IMG/VR virus record: IMGVR_UViG_3300011767_000002
Span: 1-64,000 of that record
Length of the DNA: 64,000 nucleotides
Source: a virus
Lineage: Duplodnaviria > Caudoviricetes
Reading direction: 5' to 3' (one strand)
The translations under genes were made by a program, and so were the position numbers. Below the pieces are notes generated by a model. It was given only the letters and a program-made list of their open reading frames with translations. It was not told the origin of the DNA and ran no database searches. Numbering within the stretch: position 1 is the first letter of the stretch; each line of letters begins with the position of its first letter. This document shows, one piece after another, positions 1 through 10,087 of the stretch.

Positions 1-17
1 AAAAGAATAACCCCCAG

Positions 18-62
18 CATAGAGCCCCTCCAGCCTGTCTAACGGGCTGGAGGGGCTCTATG
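18..62. terminator. CATA...TATG-closed GC-rich hairpin, probable bidirectional terminator
   Basis: cata-gagcccctccagcc / ggctggaggggctc-tatg inverted repeat immediately after the stop of the 67-270 gene. Confidence 0.7.
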
Positions 63-66
63 TGTG

Positions 67-270
67 TCAGGCTGCGCTAAAGAGTGTAAGCAGCGCTATC
101 AGCGTATCTAGGAGCTTGTTGAGGGTGTCAAGGTTCATTGACGTCCCTGCACGGATGGCTACAAACAAATCCACCAGAAAAGCAACCAAAATGACCGACA
201 AGGTCACAAACAAAACAATGGCTTTAAAGCCTAATTTCTTTTTAGGGGGTGCTGCTTCAAGTTGGTCCAT
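67..270 (-). CDS. Small two-helix membrane protein (holin candidate)
   Basis: 67 aa; KKK followed by a long hydrophobic stretch and a second amphipathic/hydrophobic C-terminal segment; same strand as the upstream operon. Confidence 0.5.
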   Translation of the reverse strand: MDQLEAAPPKKKLGFKAIVLFVTLSVILVAFLVDLFVAIRAGTSMNLDTLNKLLDTLIALLTLFSAA

Positions 271-279
271 GCCGCACCT

Positions 280-750
280 TCACTCAGCCTGAAGGCTGAA
301 CACCTTGGAAAAGGCCTCAAACAACCCGGACCAATCAAAAGACTGGTTGACCGAGAGTGTAGAAACCATGAACACCGCGGCCGCCAAAGTCAGGGTGACC
401 ATGGTGGTCACGACCAGGAACTGTGGCGTCAACATTGCTTTGTACAGGTCTTGAGCTGCTTCTTCTACAGTGACCGGCGTCAGGTTCCCCACAACCGTTT
501 CGCCTCCCACTGGAGCAATCGTACAGGTCTGTGCCGGTTCGGGCTGAAGGTTGGCAGACAGCACCAGTTCACGCACCTCAGCAGACAATCCCTCAAGCGC
601 GGACAGGACAGTTTCCCCAGTCGACTCGTTGCCGAGCCGTTTGTCCTCATCAAGGAACAGGTTTAATGTGTCCGTGATGGCCCCGCCCCATGGGAAGTCA
701 CTCATAAGAGTTTCACTTCCCAGTACCTTTATCACGTCAGACATTAGCAT
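280..750 (-). CDS. Hypothetical virion-associated protein with C-terminal transmembrane segment
   Basis: 156 aa, co-oriented with flanking genes; ALE motif (possible prohead-protease site) and hydrophobic FLVVTTMVTLTLAAAVFMV. Confidence 0.6.
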   Translation of the reverse strand: MLMSDVIKVLGSETLMSDFPWGGAITDTLNLFLDEDKRLGNESTGETVLSALEGLSAEVRELVLSANLQPEPAQTCTIAPVGGETVVGNLTPVTVEEAAQDLYKAMLTPQFLVVTTMVTLTLAAAVFMVSTLSVNQSFDWSGLFEAFSKVFSLQAE

Positions 751-769
751 GACGCATCCTCACTAGCTG

Positions 770-1357
770 TCACTTGACAAAGCCAGTCTCTTTGCGGATC
801 TTTTCACCGTGAGCCACGATTACCGCGATCGCATCGTATTCGTGCTCCGTCAGATTGTCGAGTTGAATGTCCTTGTTATAGGTTATAGTATCCAAGGAAA
901 GAATGCAATCTTTGATCACAGCTTTCTTCATGGTGAACTTTGCCGGTTGAACAGCGCGCTTCGCCTCACCGGGGGTGACCCGGTAAATATCTGACGTGAG
1001 ATAATGCGCCTGCACCGCAAGGCGAATGAAGATCATCATCTCGGTCAGAGTCTCGAAGCTTTGAACACGCCTGGGCATGAAAAACGGTGTCTCTACAGCG
1101 ACTGCATGCGGATTGTGGTAGATCAGTTCGTCCGTGACGCAGTCGTACAGGGTGTTCTGCCGTGCCCAACGGGCACCGTGGGTGATGCCACTGCCGCGGT
1201 GCCGGTCCAATAGCCGTTCTGCCAGAAACGTCTTGGCGTAGTGAAGGTGGTAGGTGCCCTGCCTGAGGTCAAGATCTGCAACAGCCAGGCCAAGCGATGA
1301 GGAGCCGTTGTCGATCCCCATGATTCTGTAGGTGAAGGCTGTGTCTGAAAAACGCAT
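770..1357 (-). CDS. ruvC: RuvC-like Holliday junction resolvase
   Basis: IMGIDNGSSSLG (RNase H-fold first acidic motif), VAVETPF, vTPGEAKRAV and EHEYDAIAVIVAH match the RuvC motif order. Confidence 0.8.
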   Translation of the reverse strand: MRFSDTAFTYRIMGIDNGSSSLGLAVADLDLRQGTYHLHYAKTFLAERLLDRHRGSGITHGARWARQNTLYDCVTDELIYHNPHAVAVETPFFMPRRVQSFETLTEMMIFIRLAVQAHYLTSDIYRVTPGEAKRAVQPAKFTMKKAVIKDCILSLDTITYNKDIQLDNLTEHEYDAIAVIVAHGEKIRKETGFVK

Positions 1358-1383
1358 GATCGAGTCCTCAAGCAGGTGGTGGA

Positions 1384-2259
1384 TTAACCGCCAAGCAGGG
1401 TCATGGACACCGTTGGGATTTGGTTGGTGGCAAGCAAGGGCTGAACGGCGCCGACCTCAAGACTGAAATCGAACCCTTTACTGTTGAAGATCAGCTCGTA
1501 ATGTCCGCTGATGATCGAGGTAATCTGACAGCCAATGACTTCTTTGAAGTTCACGGCCCCGGCCGAGGTGTTGATCGACGTGTCTGCATCGACCCCGGTG
1601 CAGAAGCCGAATTCACTGATGATCGCCATGCGGCGGTCGCCAAATAGGATCTCGGCGACGTTGTACATCTCTGCCACGTCTTGTTCAGTGAACGGCATCG
1701 GCACAATGGCACTGGTGGCCAGGTACTCGTTGCTCGTGGTCACTGCCCCGGTGTTCGGGATGCTGGGGGGTGTTGGACTGAGGTTGGACTCGGTGTACTG
1801 GTAATCCTCGATGATGGTCTGGTCATCGACGATGGTGCGCTTGGTCAGCCGCGGGACCACCCCGGTCAGGTCCAGGCGCTTGCCGTAGTAGGCGTAAAAG
1901 TTCACGCCGTCAACGGTGATGGTCTTACGCAAGCAGTACTTGGAACGCTGCCCGGCGGTCAGGTCGTCATTGATTGGACGCACCACAAACGGCAGGTGAT
2001 GGTACAGGCCCGCATCACCGGAACTGTGGTCCACCACCTGGCTCAGTGGGATGTTATTCGGCCCCATGGTGGTGGAGTGCCCACCGATGCCGATGGTGAA
2101 GCACTTGAGTGACGGCCGCAGGTTGGCCGGGACTTTAGCGCTGGCCTGGATGTCGAACTTTTGGTTCAGGGTAGTGTTGTCAAACTGAGTAAACGGGGCG
2201 TTCAGGAACGAACTGACCTGCAGGTAGTTCGACAGCTGAGTCGGGACAATCTTTTGCAT
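1384..2259 (-). CDS. Conserved jumbo-phage virion structural protein (tail/baseplate region)
   Basis: 291 aa ORF with phage-like codon usage inside a structural operon; resembles phiKZ-family virion proteins (recall). Confidence 0.65.
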   Translation of the reverse strand: MQKIVPTQLSNYLQVSSFLNAPFTQFDNTTLNQKFDIQASAKVPANLRPSLKCFTIGIGGHSTTMGPNNIPLSQVVDHSSGDAGLYHHLPFVVRPINDDLTAGQRSKYCLRKTITVDGVNFYAYYGKRLDLTGVVPRLTKRTIVDDQTIIEDYQYTESNLSPTPPSIPNTGAVTTSNEYLATSAIVPMPFTEQDVAEMYNVAEILFGDRRMAIISEFGFCTGVDADTSINTSAGAVNFKEVIGCQITSIISGHYELIFNSKGFDFSLEVGAVQPLLATNQIPTVSMTLLGG

Positions 2260-2306
2260 GTGGGCTGGCCTATACCGGTCAAATTAATAAAGGTACATAC
2301 GATTGG

Positions 2307-3323
2307 TCACTGGTCCTGGATTGGCAGGTGGTCAATGCGCGTGCGACGTTCCCATGTACGGGAATCGTAATAGCCCATGACCCACTGCCCTCTCAGGTTG
2401 GTGCAGTGCGTGTCCGAAAACTGGATGATCAATACCCTGGAGACCCTGGGGTCGTCAATATATACCTCACCGGTGTTAAGGCCATTGTACACGACCTTGG
2501 CGCCGTAGAGGTTAAAGGGATTGGCTGTTTGGGTAAAGACCCAGGCGTCCTGCGTGATGCGTTTAGCCGAGTCCACAATCCATTCGCCAACGAGTTCGCC
2601 GACCTTAAGGTCTCGCATAAGGTGGTCGTGATCGACGAAGCGGTCATTGGGCAGGATCATCTCCGCGGGCATCTTGTGATGGTCTTCCGGGCCTAGATAC
2701 CGGCGCACTTCCAAGGTGGTCTTCACGTTGCGGTCCAGGAACTGTACGGCTTCGCGGATGTAGACGTTGATCTCACCCACCCACAGCGGGTGATTGGGCT
2801 TGGCCGTGATGATGGCATTCCACGCCACCGGGGGGACGTAGTCACTGCATTCGGCGGAGGCCAAGATACTGCCCATGTGCGTGCGGAACAGAACGTTACT
2901 CAGATCGACCTGACGGAAAGTAATGTCCACCAGGTCCATATCGAGGTAAAAATCATACTGTTCGCGCAATGCGTTCAAAATAACCTCAGGGGTATTCTCA
3001 ACGGCGTAAATAACGAATGGCACACTGATGAAGAAATCTTGCAGCACTTGACGACGGTAGGTCAGGTGTTGCACACCTCGCCAACCCGATTCAGGGGTGG
3101 GAGTGACCGCGATCCGAGTCAAGGTACCTTCGGCAGGTCGGTGGTTGTCATAATCGTTCAGGTGCACGACACTGAGTTGCGGTGCTTGGTCGACGACCGC
3201 TTCGGGTTCGCCGAAGGTCACCTGCCAGGGCTCAATGGCCGTTTTGTTGGTCAGGTTAAAAATGTCCAGTAACATTTGGGCTGCGGGTTTGTTATACCGC
3301 AAAGGACGAACGTACATACCCAC
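2307..3323 (-). CDS. Virion structural protein, baseplate-associated paralog family
   Basis: 338 aa; shares xYxRxxL and W/YxGE motifs with the two upstream ORFs; C-terminal NPFNLYGAKVVYNG domain. Confidence 0.65.
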   Translation of the reverse strand: MGMYVRPLRYNKPAAQMLLDIFNLTNKTAIEPWQVTFGEPEAVVDQAPQLSVVHLNDYDNHRPAEGTLTRIAVTPTPESGWRGVQHLTYRRQVLQDFFISVPFVIYAVENTPEVILNALREQYDFYLDMDLVDITFRQVDLSNVLFRTHMGSILASAECSDYVPPVAWNAIITAKPNHPLWVGEINVYIREAVQFLDRNVKTTLEVRRYLGPEDHHKMPAEMILPNDRFVDHDHLMRDLKVGELVGEWIVDSAKRITQDAWVFTQTANPFNLYGAKVVYNGLNTGEVYIDDPRVSRVLIIQFSDTHCTNLRGQWVMGYYDSRTWERRTRIDHLPIQDQ

Positions 3324-3327
3324 CTCA

Positions 3328-3771
3328 TTATGCTTTCAAGATGGCCAGTTCGCCGTACCACCTTAGGGAGGTGGGGGCGGCAACCAGCCGATTGGTTTCA
3401 GGGGTGATCACCTCGGTAAGGAAGTCATCGGCAGCAAACACCACCCCGGTGCGACGGGTGATGATACTGGCCACGTCATGGCTGACAATCTCACCGCTGT
3501 AGTCCACCGTAAAGCTGTGACCGAACACCTCGCCGATGTCCTGGCGGACCACGGTGATGTCACAACTGTTAATGAACCGATTGGCCTCGGCATTGGGTGC
3601 GGCCTGAATGGCACTGAGGCGGACGATGACCTCCGGCCCTGCGCTGGCAAACACCTGGTCAACCGTTACAAACCGAGGATTGAGCTGGGTGCCATGGGTG
3701 TCATTGAAGGCGATCAACAGTGCTTCCAATGGCGGGTATTGCAATAATTGATCTAACGTGAAATTGGCCAT
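3328..3771 (-). CDS. Virion structural protein, single-module paralog
   Basis: 147 aa, tightly packed in operon; LRWYGEL C-terminal motif. Confidence 0.6.
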   Translation of the reverse strand: MANFTLDQLLQYPPLEALLIAFNDTHGTQLNPRFVTVDQVFASAGPEVIVRLSAIQAAPNAEANRFINSCDITVVRQDIGEVFGHSFTVDYSGEIVSHDVASIITRRTGVVFAADDFLTEVITPETNRLVAAPTSLRWYGELAILKA

Positions 3772-3773
3772 GT

Positions 3774-4754
3774 TCAGACAGCCCTGTAATCGATGGTCAG
3801 TTCGCCAGTGTACCTGAGGTTGGTTTCACTGAAGAAGACGGTAAGGGTGTTAAGCTCCCCTGGGGCTATCGGAGCGTACGCTTCCTGCACGACATCACTC
3901 AAGGTCAATGGCATTCCGGTCAGGAGTTGCACCTGTTCAAGGATGTACCAAGTGGTTGGGGTCGAAGGCCCTTCGATCTCAAATTGTGCGCCATTGGTAC
4001 TCCAGCCAAAATCGTAGCGGGCGTAGGTCACGGTGATCTTACCCAGGTAATAGCCGTCACCCACTGCTTCCACTTCAATGGTGGTGTTGTCGGTGATGTA
4101 GCCGTTGACTTTAACCGGGTCGCTCCAGACCAGCAGTTCGGGTTCCAACTCATACGGCAAGGTATTTGCCACGGTCAGTTGCTGAAGCAGCTGGGTGGTG
4201 GGGTCATCTACAAAGTCGACCACATCCAAAAACCCAACCACAGCGGTCGTGGTCAGGACCTGTGCCAACTGTCGCTGGAGGGGCTTGACTGTGAACTGGT
4301 GATTGCCGTAGAGTAGAAACCGGTCGGGTAAAACCGACACCGTCAACGGACCGACCTGTTCAACGAGGCTGTCTTCTATCTGATCGGACCGGTCGTGCAG
4401 CGCCTGTCCTGTCAAATATACCGCCATTAAGTCGCGCACCGTGGCAGGTAAGTCGGCCCGGATGACCGACCCGTACCGGGCAGCCACTGCCGATAGCGCT
4501 ACCCGGCGGTAGCGTAGGGTGAGACCATCGCGATACTTCCACAGGTTGACATGAGCCTGCCCGCGGTCAACCGTTACCTCGACGCTGGCATCTGATGGGT
4601 CGAGAGGATCGACCGTAACAGCGCCGTGTTGAAAACCAGCTGGGTCTAGGTCGTCTTTTAACAGGGTTTGCAACAGGTGGTTAAACGCCGACCGGTCAGA
4701 TTCCTTCAAGGCAGCCTGAGTGAGCTGAACACCATTAAGGGTTTGTAAAGTCAT
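3774..4754 (-). CDS. Virion structural protein, two-module paralog
   Basis: Start taken at MTLQ (overlaps stop of upstream gene); internal duplication of the module; LRYTGEL ending. Confidence 0.6.
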   Translation of the reverse strand: MTLQTLNGVQLTQAALKESDRSAFNHLLQTLLKDDLDPAGFQHGAVTVDPLDPSDASVEVTVDRGQAHVNLWKYRDGLTLRYRRVALSAVAARYGSVIRADLPATVRDLMAVYLTGQALHDRSDQIEDSLVEQVGPLTVSVLPDRFLLYGNHQFTVKPLQRQLAQVLTTTAVVGFLDVVDFVDDPTTQLLQQLTVANTLPYELEPELLVWSDPVKVNGYITDNTTIEVEAVGDGYYLGKITVTYARYDFGWSTNGAQFEIEGPSTPTTWYILEQVQLLTGMPLTLSDVVQEAYAPIAPGELNTLTVFFSETNLRYTGELTIDYRAV

Positions 4755-6924
4755 TGCTCTGCGTCCTGTCAAATAGATCCACGATAGGCGCGGAAGACAT
4801 GGCTGGGATGGTTACCCGAAGACCTGTGAGCGTCGACAAATCGACCGTCTCCTGGCGCATGGCAACCATAGTAGTGCCTAACACCACCCCTCGTTGTATA
4901 TATTGGTTCAGCCCCGACAGGGCCATCTCAAGCCCCAGGCCCAAACCCATGTCATGGGCTGATCCGTGATCAAATGACCGGATACTGACCGCATTGGCAT
5001 CGATCACTCCTTTGAGCTTGGCGGCGCCGTAGAAATCCACGACCTTGGCCTGAGGAACCGGGGTGCGTAAGTCGTGCCCGGCTGAACCCCCGGTGTTATG
5101 GTACCGAAGGTGTGGCCAGTCAAACATGACCACGGCTTCTTCGTTGATCTCTTGGATGTACTGCACACTGTAACTGGACAACTGAGACATGATGCCAAGC
5201 ATCGCGGCTTGGACGTCCTTAAGGGTCTGGGCGGTGCGCAGTTCCAACCCAGTGGCCTGGTTGAGGACCGACAACATGATCTCATCCAGTTCCGCCGGCG
5301 AGTACGCCTCGAAGGTCAGACCGCGGTCGCGGAGCCATTCGGCATACACCTGACCGTGGTCAAGGTCCACGGGGATGTCCGCATAAAACCGATCAGTCAT
5401 GGCCCGTATTTCAGCATACTCGTAGAGCCCCTCACGGAACACGTACAGGTCGCGGTGAGACAGCATGCGGGTATGGATCTGAGTCGCAGCTTGCAAGAAC
5501 GCATCCACTGACACGTAGTTGGTGATGGTCACGTTATCCCGAAGGGCTTCACGGATAAAGGCGTCAGACGTGAATTGCCGGGTGGTGATGTTGCGCAATT
5601 CCTCAAAGGTGGGCAGAGGGGTGCGTCTGACCCGTTTAGCCATCAGTGACGGGATCGTCAACAACTCAATTCCAGAACGGCGCATGTACACGTATTGAAA
5701 GACGATGTACGCCTCTTTCATACTGAGTTTAAACGAATCGCCCCCGTTAGGCATCTGGAGGGTCAGGACCGTTTCGTACAGCCCTTTGTCTGCCAGATAA
5801 ATCCATTGGTTGAGCAGTACATCGGACAAGGTATAGGGTTCTGACTCCTTGAGGTCCAGGACGTTCGATTCCAGCACCTTGGTGTCCAGCTCAGCACTCA
5901 GGCTGCGCATCATGGACATGGGTACATATTGCTCGGCGTATTCGGTCTCCTGAATGTTCGACCGGGCCAGCCGACGTTGGAGGTTTAGCAGGCTCGGGGT
6001 GTCCTTGACATCTTCGCCCAATGCTGCCGCGAGGCCGTTGACACTGATTCGGGTGTATTGGATCTCCGGGTCAAAGTTCGCGGCAATGTCGCCGTCGTTC
6101 TGCTGAATGGTGTAGGTGGCCAGCGGAAAGTTGCGCTTGGTCAGCACCTGGTGAGTCAGTTCTTTAAACAGCTCATCTTTACCATTATTGCGCATGATGT
6201 ATCGAATGTTGCGGTAGAAGTACAGCCGCTGCGACTCGTTCATCTCGTTGTAATACTGGTCCAACGGCCCGAAAGAGGCCAGGTATCGGCGAATGTGGTA
6301 GCTGTGCGCCATATTCGTGCGGCAGTTGTCCAGGCGGATACTCTTGATCGCTGCCGGCAGGGACATAAAGAGCAGCGCCAAGCGGGCCGCAATGAACAGG
6401 CTGTTATTGATACGGTAGTCGTCATTGGCCCAGCGGACAAACTGAGCATTGATCCACTCTTGCAACTTTCCGATCAGGTTAGTTTCCCGGCCTTCAACCA
6501 ACGAACGGTCATAATAGAGAATACTATGATCCGGCGCAGCAATGGCTGCGTCCATGTCAACCGGATTCAAGATCCCGTGGATGAGCATGTCCTGGTGAGG
6601 GTAACGGTTGATCAGTTCTTTATAGTAGCGAGTGCCGTACTGATACTCACGCCAGGTGGCGCGGTGGATGTCCATGTTAGCACGGGTGAAGTCAATCTCT
6701 TCATGGGTGTCCATGGAGGTGACTTTCATCAAGGTGTCGGTAGGGTGGTACTGACCGGACAGGTTGAGATAATACTTCCAGGTGTTAGGGTGATTGTCCA
6801 ACACCTCGTGCTGAAGCATCCGCAAATAGCCGTTAATGGTGTCGCAGGTCGCCTCATCTTTCACCACGAGGGTGGCTGCGAGCTTGACCACCGATTCGTG
6901 ATAGATCTGATAAATTGTACTCAT
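4735..6924 (-). CDS. Large virion structural protein (phiKZ gp128-like)
   Basis: True start most likely MSTIYQ at 6924 (avoids overlap with portal); divergent from the portal as in phiKZ-like phages. Confidence 0.7.
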   Translation of the reverse strand: MSTIYQIYHESVVKLAATLVVKDEATCDTINGYLRMLQHEVLDNHPNTWKYYLNLSGQYHPTDTLMKVTSMDTHEEIDFTRANMDIHRATWREYQYGTRYYKELINRYPHQDMLIHGILNPVDMDAAIAAPDHSILYYDRSLVEGRETNLIGKLQEWINAQFVRWANDDYRINNSLFIAARLALLFMSLPAAIKSIRLDNCRTNMAHSYHIRRYLASFGPLDQYYNEMNESQRLYFYRNIRYIMRNNGKDELFKELTHQVLTKRNFPLATYTIQQNDGDIAANFDPEIQYTRISVNGLAAALGEDVKDTPSLLNLQRRLARSNIQETEYAEQYVPMSMMRSLSAELDTKVLESNVLDLKESEPYTLSDVLLNQWIYLADKGLYETVLTLQMPNGGDSFKLSMKEAYIVFQYVYMRRSGIELLTIPSLMAKRVRRTPLPTFEELRNITTRQFTSDAFIREALRDNVTITNYVSVDAFLQAATQIHTRMLSHRDLYVFREGLYEYAEIRAMTDRFYADIPVDLDHGQVYAEWLRDRGLTFEAYSPAELDEIMLSVLNQATGLELRTAQTLKDVQAAMLGIMSQLSSYSVQYIQEINEEAVVMFDWPHLRYHNTGGSAGHDLRTPVPQAKVVDFYGAAKLKGVIDANAVSIRSFDHGSAHDMGLGLGLEMALSGLNQYIQRGVVLGTTMVAMRQETVDLSTLTGLRVTIPAMSSAPIVDLFDRTQSNDFTNP

Positions 6925-6960
6925 CGTTTTAAGTTTCCAATCGAATAAATGAGGTAACAC

Positions 6961-9894
6961 ATGTCTGAGCAACCAAGGCGGTTCCCGAGGTATGCCTCGC
7001 AGCGTTCCATTCCAGATGAAATCAAGGCGGTAATCGGCAAGCTCGGTGCCGATCCCCAAGGGGCGGGCCACCAACGTAAAAATATGCGTTTGCCCGATGG
7101 TCGGGTGCTAGCGCATGTCGCCAACACGACCATCGGTAACATCCGTGACGCCCGTAACCTGTTTCAGGTCCTGCCTGACATGGATTATGCCCGTCAGATC
7201 ATTATCTCGGCGACCTTGTCACCTGGGGATCTGACCGATTCCAAAGTCCTTTACAGCGTTAAAAACGATGACCTGGACAGCAACCTGACAGGACCCCTGT
7301 TGAGGATGGTTGGCGAGTTCTTCGATAATTCCTATAGGATTAGGACCCTGCTTCACCCGATCCTCAACGATGTCATGTTCGAGACCGGGTCCTACCCGAT
7401 CCTGATTATGCCGGAATCGTCCGTAGACCGGATCATCAATTCCGACAACTATGCCGGGGTGTCGATGGAGTCAGCCATCGGCATGCTGGACAGCCACCTG
7501 AATCAGGAAACCGACAGTCAAGGCAACTACCTGCCATGGGGTATTCTGGGCAATCCAACCACCCCCTCGTCCAAGGCAGTAGATTCCTACACTGGCGTCT
7601 CCTTTGAAAGCATGAACTTTAATGGCGCCACAAAATACAACCGGGGCGTCGATGTCAGCAAACTGACCATCAGCCTTGAATCCTTGGTTGAAAATAACGA
7701 AGCCAACAAGGATCTGCATGCCGGATTGACCAAGGTGTCCAAGTCGATGCAGAAACTGATTGCAGACAAGGGCACCACCATTGAGGTGATTGACAACCTC
7801 AGCATCCTCAAACGCCCGATGATTGTTGAGACGCGGCGCAAGTTAGCCGTCCGACGCATCTATGGGGGTCGGCTGCATCAGCGCGCGTCATTGGAAAGTC
7901 GTGCGGGGGCGGGCGATAAAGAGGCTGCACGTAACTTGGCCGCCGTGGAGAAAAGCCTCTACAGCAAACGCCGGTACCAGCACGTGCCCGTGCAGCCGTT
8001 GATGACCCATCGTCAGACAGAGACCAAAACCTTCGGCCATCCGCTGGTGATGCACCTGCCTTCAGAATCGGTGATCCCGATCCACGTACCTGGCAACCCG
8101 TCTGAACACGTAGGATATTACGTGATGTTGGACATCGACGGCAACCCCATTAACGTGGCTGACCAGTCCTCGTACTATGACGACATCAAGTCGCAAATGA
8201 ACAACGCGGACGGCTACGCCAGCCAGGTGATCCAGCAAGCCCGTCGTGGGTTTGAAGGCATGGGTGGGGTGAACAACGAGATCATCGATGAGATGGGTCG
8301 GGTTCATTCGGATGCCGTGGAAGCAGATTTGTTGTCAAGGCTGCGTTCAGGGGCCTTGTCTGGGAACTACGAGCTGGGCAAGACCGAGAACATCAACCGG
8401 ATCATGCTGGCGCGGCATCTAAAAGGTCAGCGGACCATGATGCTGTTCGTCCCACCGGAACTGATGACGTACATCGCCTTCGACTACAACGAATACGGGG
8501 TGGGTAAGTCGGTGCTTGAAGACGGCAAGATCCTGGGGTCTATTCGAGCAGCGTTAATGCTGGCCAACACCCTGGCCACGATCAACAATGCTGTCGGGGG
8601 CAAGACCGTCAACATCGAACTCGATCCTGAGGATGAAGACCCGGTCAGCACGGTTGAGTTTCTGTTGGCCGAACACGCCAAGACCAACGCCCAAGGCTTT
8701 AGTCGGATCGTGGGCTCGACGCACCCATTGGGGCTGGCCGATCAGATCCAGAACCATGGCCTGAACGTGGTGGTGAGCGGTAACTCCCGGTACCCGGAAA
8801 CCAAGTTTGATGTCAGTTCACGCGATGGCACGGCCAAGCCTGTGGACACCGAACTGGAAGAAATGATGCGCAAGCGCCATATCCAGATGTTCGGCTTGAG
8901 TCCAGAAACCATGGAAGGCATCAATCAAACGGACTTTGCGACCACCGTGGTGCAGAACAACCTGATGTTGCTCAAGCGGGTCATTCAGACCCAGGAGAAG
9001 TTTGAACCCTTCTTGACGGACCTGATCCGCAGTTACACCCTCAATTCCGGGATCTTCCTGGAAGACATGCGGGCGCTGATCACGGAAAACAAGAAGTTCC
9101 TGCCTGAAGAACTGCGCAACGACAAGGAGCTGTCGGAAGAGGAAAAGGTGGATGCCTTCCTCTTTGAGTTCATCGAAGCCTTGCACGCTGGCCTGCCGGC
9201 CCCTGAGGTCGGGGACATCAAGAAATCGATGGAGTCCTTTGAAGCGTACAGCGACGCATTGGACAAGGTCATCGATGCCTACCTCAACGAGGAGATGTAC
9301 GCGACCGATTCGACCATTGGCATGGAAGAGGTCATTCCGAACGTCAAGGCCGTGGTCAAGGCCGAGTTCCAACGGCGTTGGCTGCGCAGCAACAACATCA
9401 TGCCTGAACTTGATGTCTTTACCACCGTTGATGAGGAAGAGGGACCTGCTTTCGAACTCATGGAACTGGCCAGTAACCACACGGACGGCCTGAACAACTC
9501 GCTGTCTAAGTACATCAAGAAGGTGCTCAAGGCCGCTGCGAAGCGGGCTAAGGAACTGGAAAAGATCGAGAAGGCTAAGCAGGAGTTGCAGGAAGTCAAG
9601 GACGCTGCCGGGGTGAGCGGCGACGGTGGCATGGACGATGGTTTTGGCAATGAACCAACCGAAGACCTAGACGGTGACGGTCTTGGCGGTGATGACATTC
9701 CAATGGATGATGAGTCAGGGCTTGATGAGGTTCCGTTGGATGAATCAGCTACGCCTGAGGAAGAAGGTGAGCTGGACGAGGAGCCCTTAGCTGAGGAAGA
9801 GGAGACTCCCGCTGAAGGTGACGTAACCGCGGAAGAAGGCGCAGAAGGAACCGAGGGTCTGGATGACCTGGATCTGGACGCACCTAAAGTGTAA
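6961..9894 (+). CDS. Portal protein (phiKZ gp129-like)
   Basis: 977 aa, RBS gaggt; GSYPILIMPE, PSESVIPIHVPG and GKSVLE blocks; several S-x-E sites; acidic C-terminal tail; divergent from a gp128-like gene. Confidence 0.8.
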   Translation: MSEQPRRFPRYASQRSIPDEIKAVIGKLGADPQGAGHQRKNMRLPDGRVLAHVANTTIGNIRDARNLFQVLPDMDYARQIIISATLSPGDLTDSKVLYSVKNDDLDSNLTGPLLRMVGEFFDNSYRIRTLLHPILNDVMFETGSYPILIMPESSVDRIINSDNYAGVSMESAIGMLDSHLNQETDSQGNYLPWGILGNPTTPSSKAVDSYTGVSFESMNFNGATKYNRGVDVSKLTISLESLVENNEANKDLHAGLTKVSKSMQKLIADKGTTIEVIDNLSILKRPMIVETRRKLAVRRIYGGRLHQRASLESRAGAGDKEAARNLAAVEKSLYSKRRYQHVPVQPLMTHRQTETKTFGHPLVMHLPSESVIPIHVPGNPSEHVGYYVMLDIDGNPINVADQSSYYDDIKSQMNNADGYASQVIQQARRGFEGMGGVNNEIIDEMGRVHSDAVEADLLSRLRSGALSGNYELGKTENINRIMLARHLKGQRTMMLFVPPELMTYIAFDYNEYGVGKSVLEDGKILGSIRAALMLANTLATINNAVGGKTVNIELDPEDEDPVSTVEFLLAEHAKTNAQGFSRIVGSTHPLGLADQIQNHGLNVVVSGNSRYPETKFDVSSRDGTAKPVDTELEEMMRKRHIQMFGLSPETMEGINQTDFATTVVQNNLMLLKRVIQTQEKFEPFLTDLIRSYTLNSGIFLEDMRALITENKKFLPEELRNDKELSEEEKVDAFLFEFIEALHAGLPAPEVGDIKKSMESFEAYSDALDKVIDAYLNEEMYATDSTIGMEEVIPNVKAVVKAEFQRRWLRSNNIMPELDVFTTVDEEEGPAFELMELASNHTDGLNNSLSKYIKKVLKAAAKRAKELEKIEKAKQELQEVKDAAGVSGDGGMDDGFGNEPTEDLDGDGLGGDDIPMDDESGLDEVPLDESATPEEEGELDEEPLAEEEETPAEGDVTAEEGAEGTEGLDDLDLDAPKV

Positions 9895-9897
9895 CGG

Positions 9898-9931
9898 CAT
9901 AACGGGAGGGCCTTCGGGCTCTCCTGCTATG
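9898..9931 (+). terminator. CATA...TATG hairpin with TTCG loop after portal
   Basis: cata-acgggagggcc-ttcg-ggctctcctgc-tatg directly after the portal stop. Confidence 0.7.
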
Positions 9932-10087
9932 TTCCTTGACCGTCTCGTAAATTAATCCTTCGCTGACTAATTCTCTGAATAAATTCAAAATGCTATAAAA
10001 AGCATTGTTGGAGCTTGCGGAAACAATGCGCTAGCGGAGGAGCGGAGCGACGACTTCTTCTTTTCTTTTCTGTGAACTGCGTAAGCC

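Noticed and set aside
6925-7074. N-terminal extension of the 779-aa ORF
   Set aside because: It overlaps the portal on the opposite strand; the ATG at 6924 gives a clean divergent arrangement
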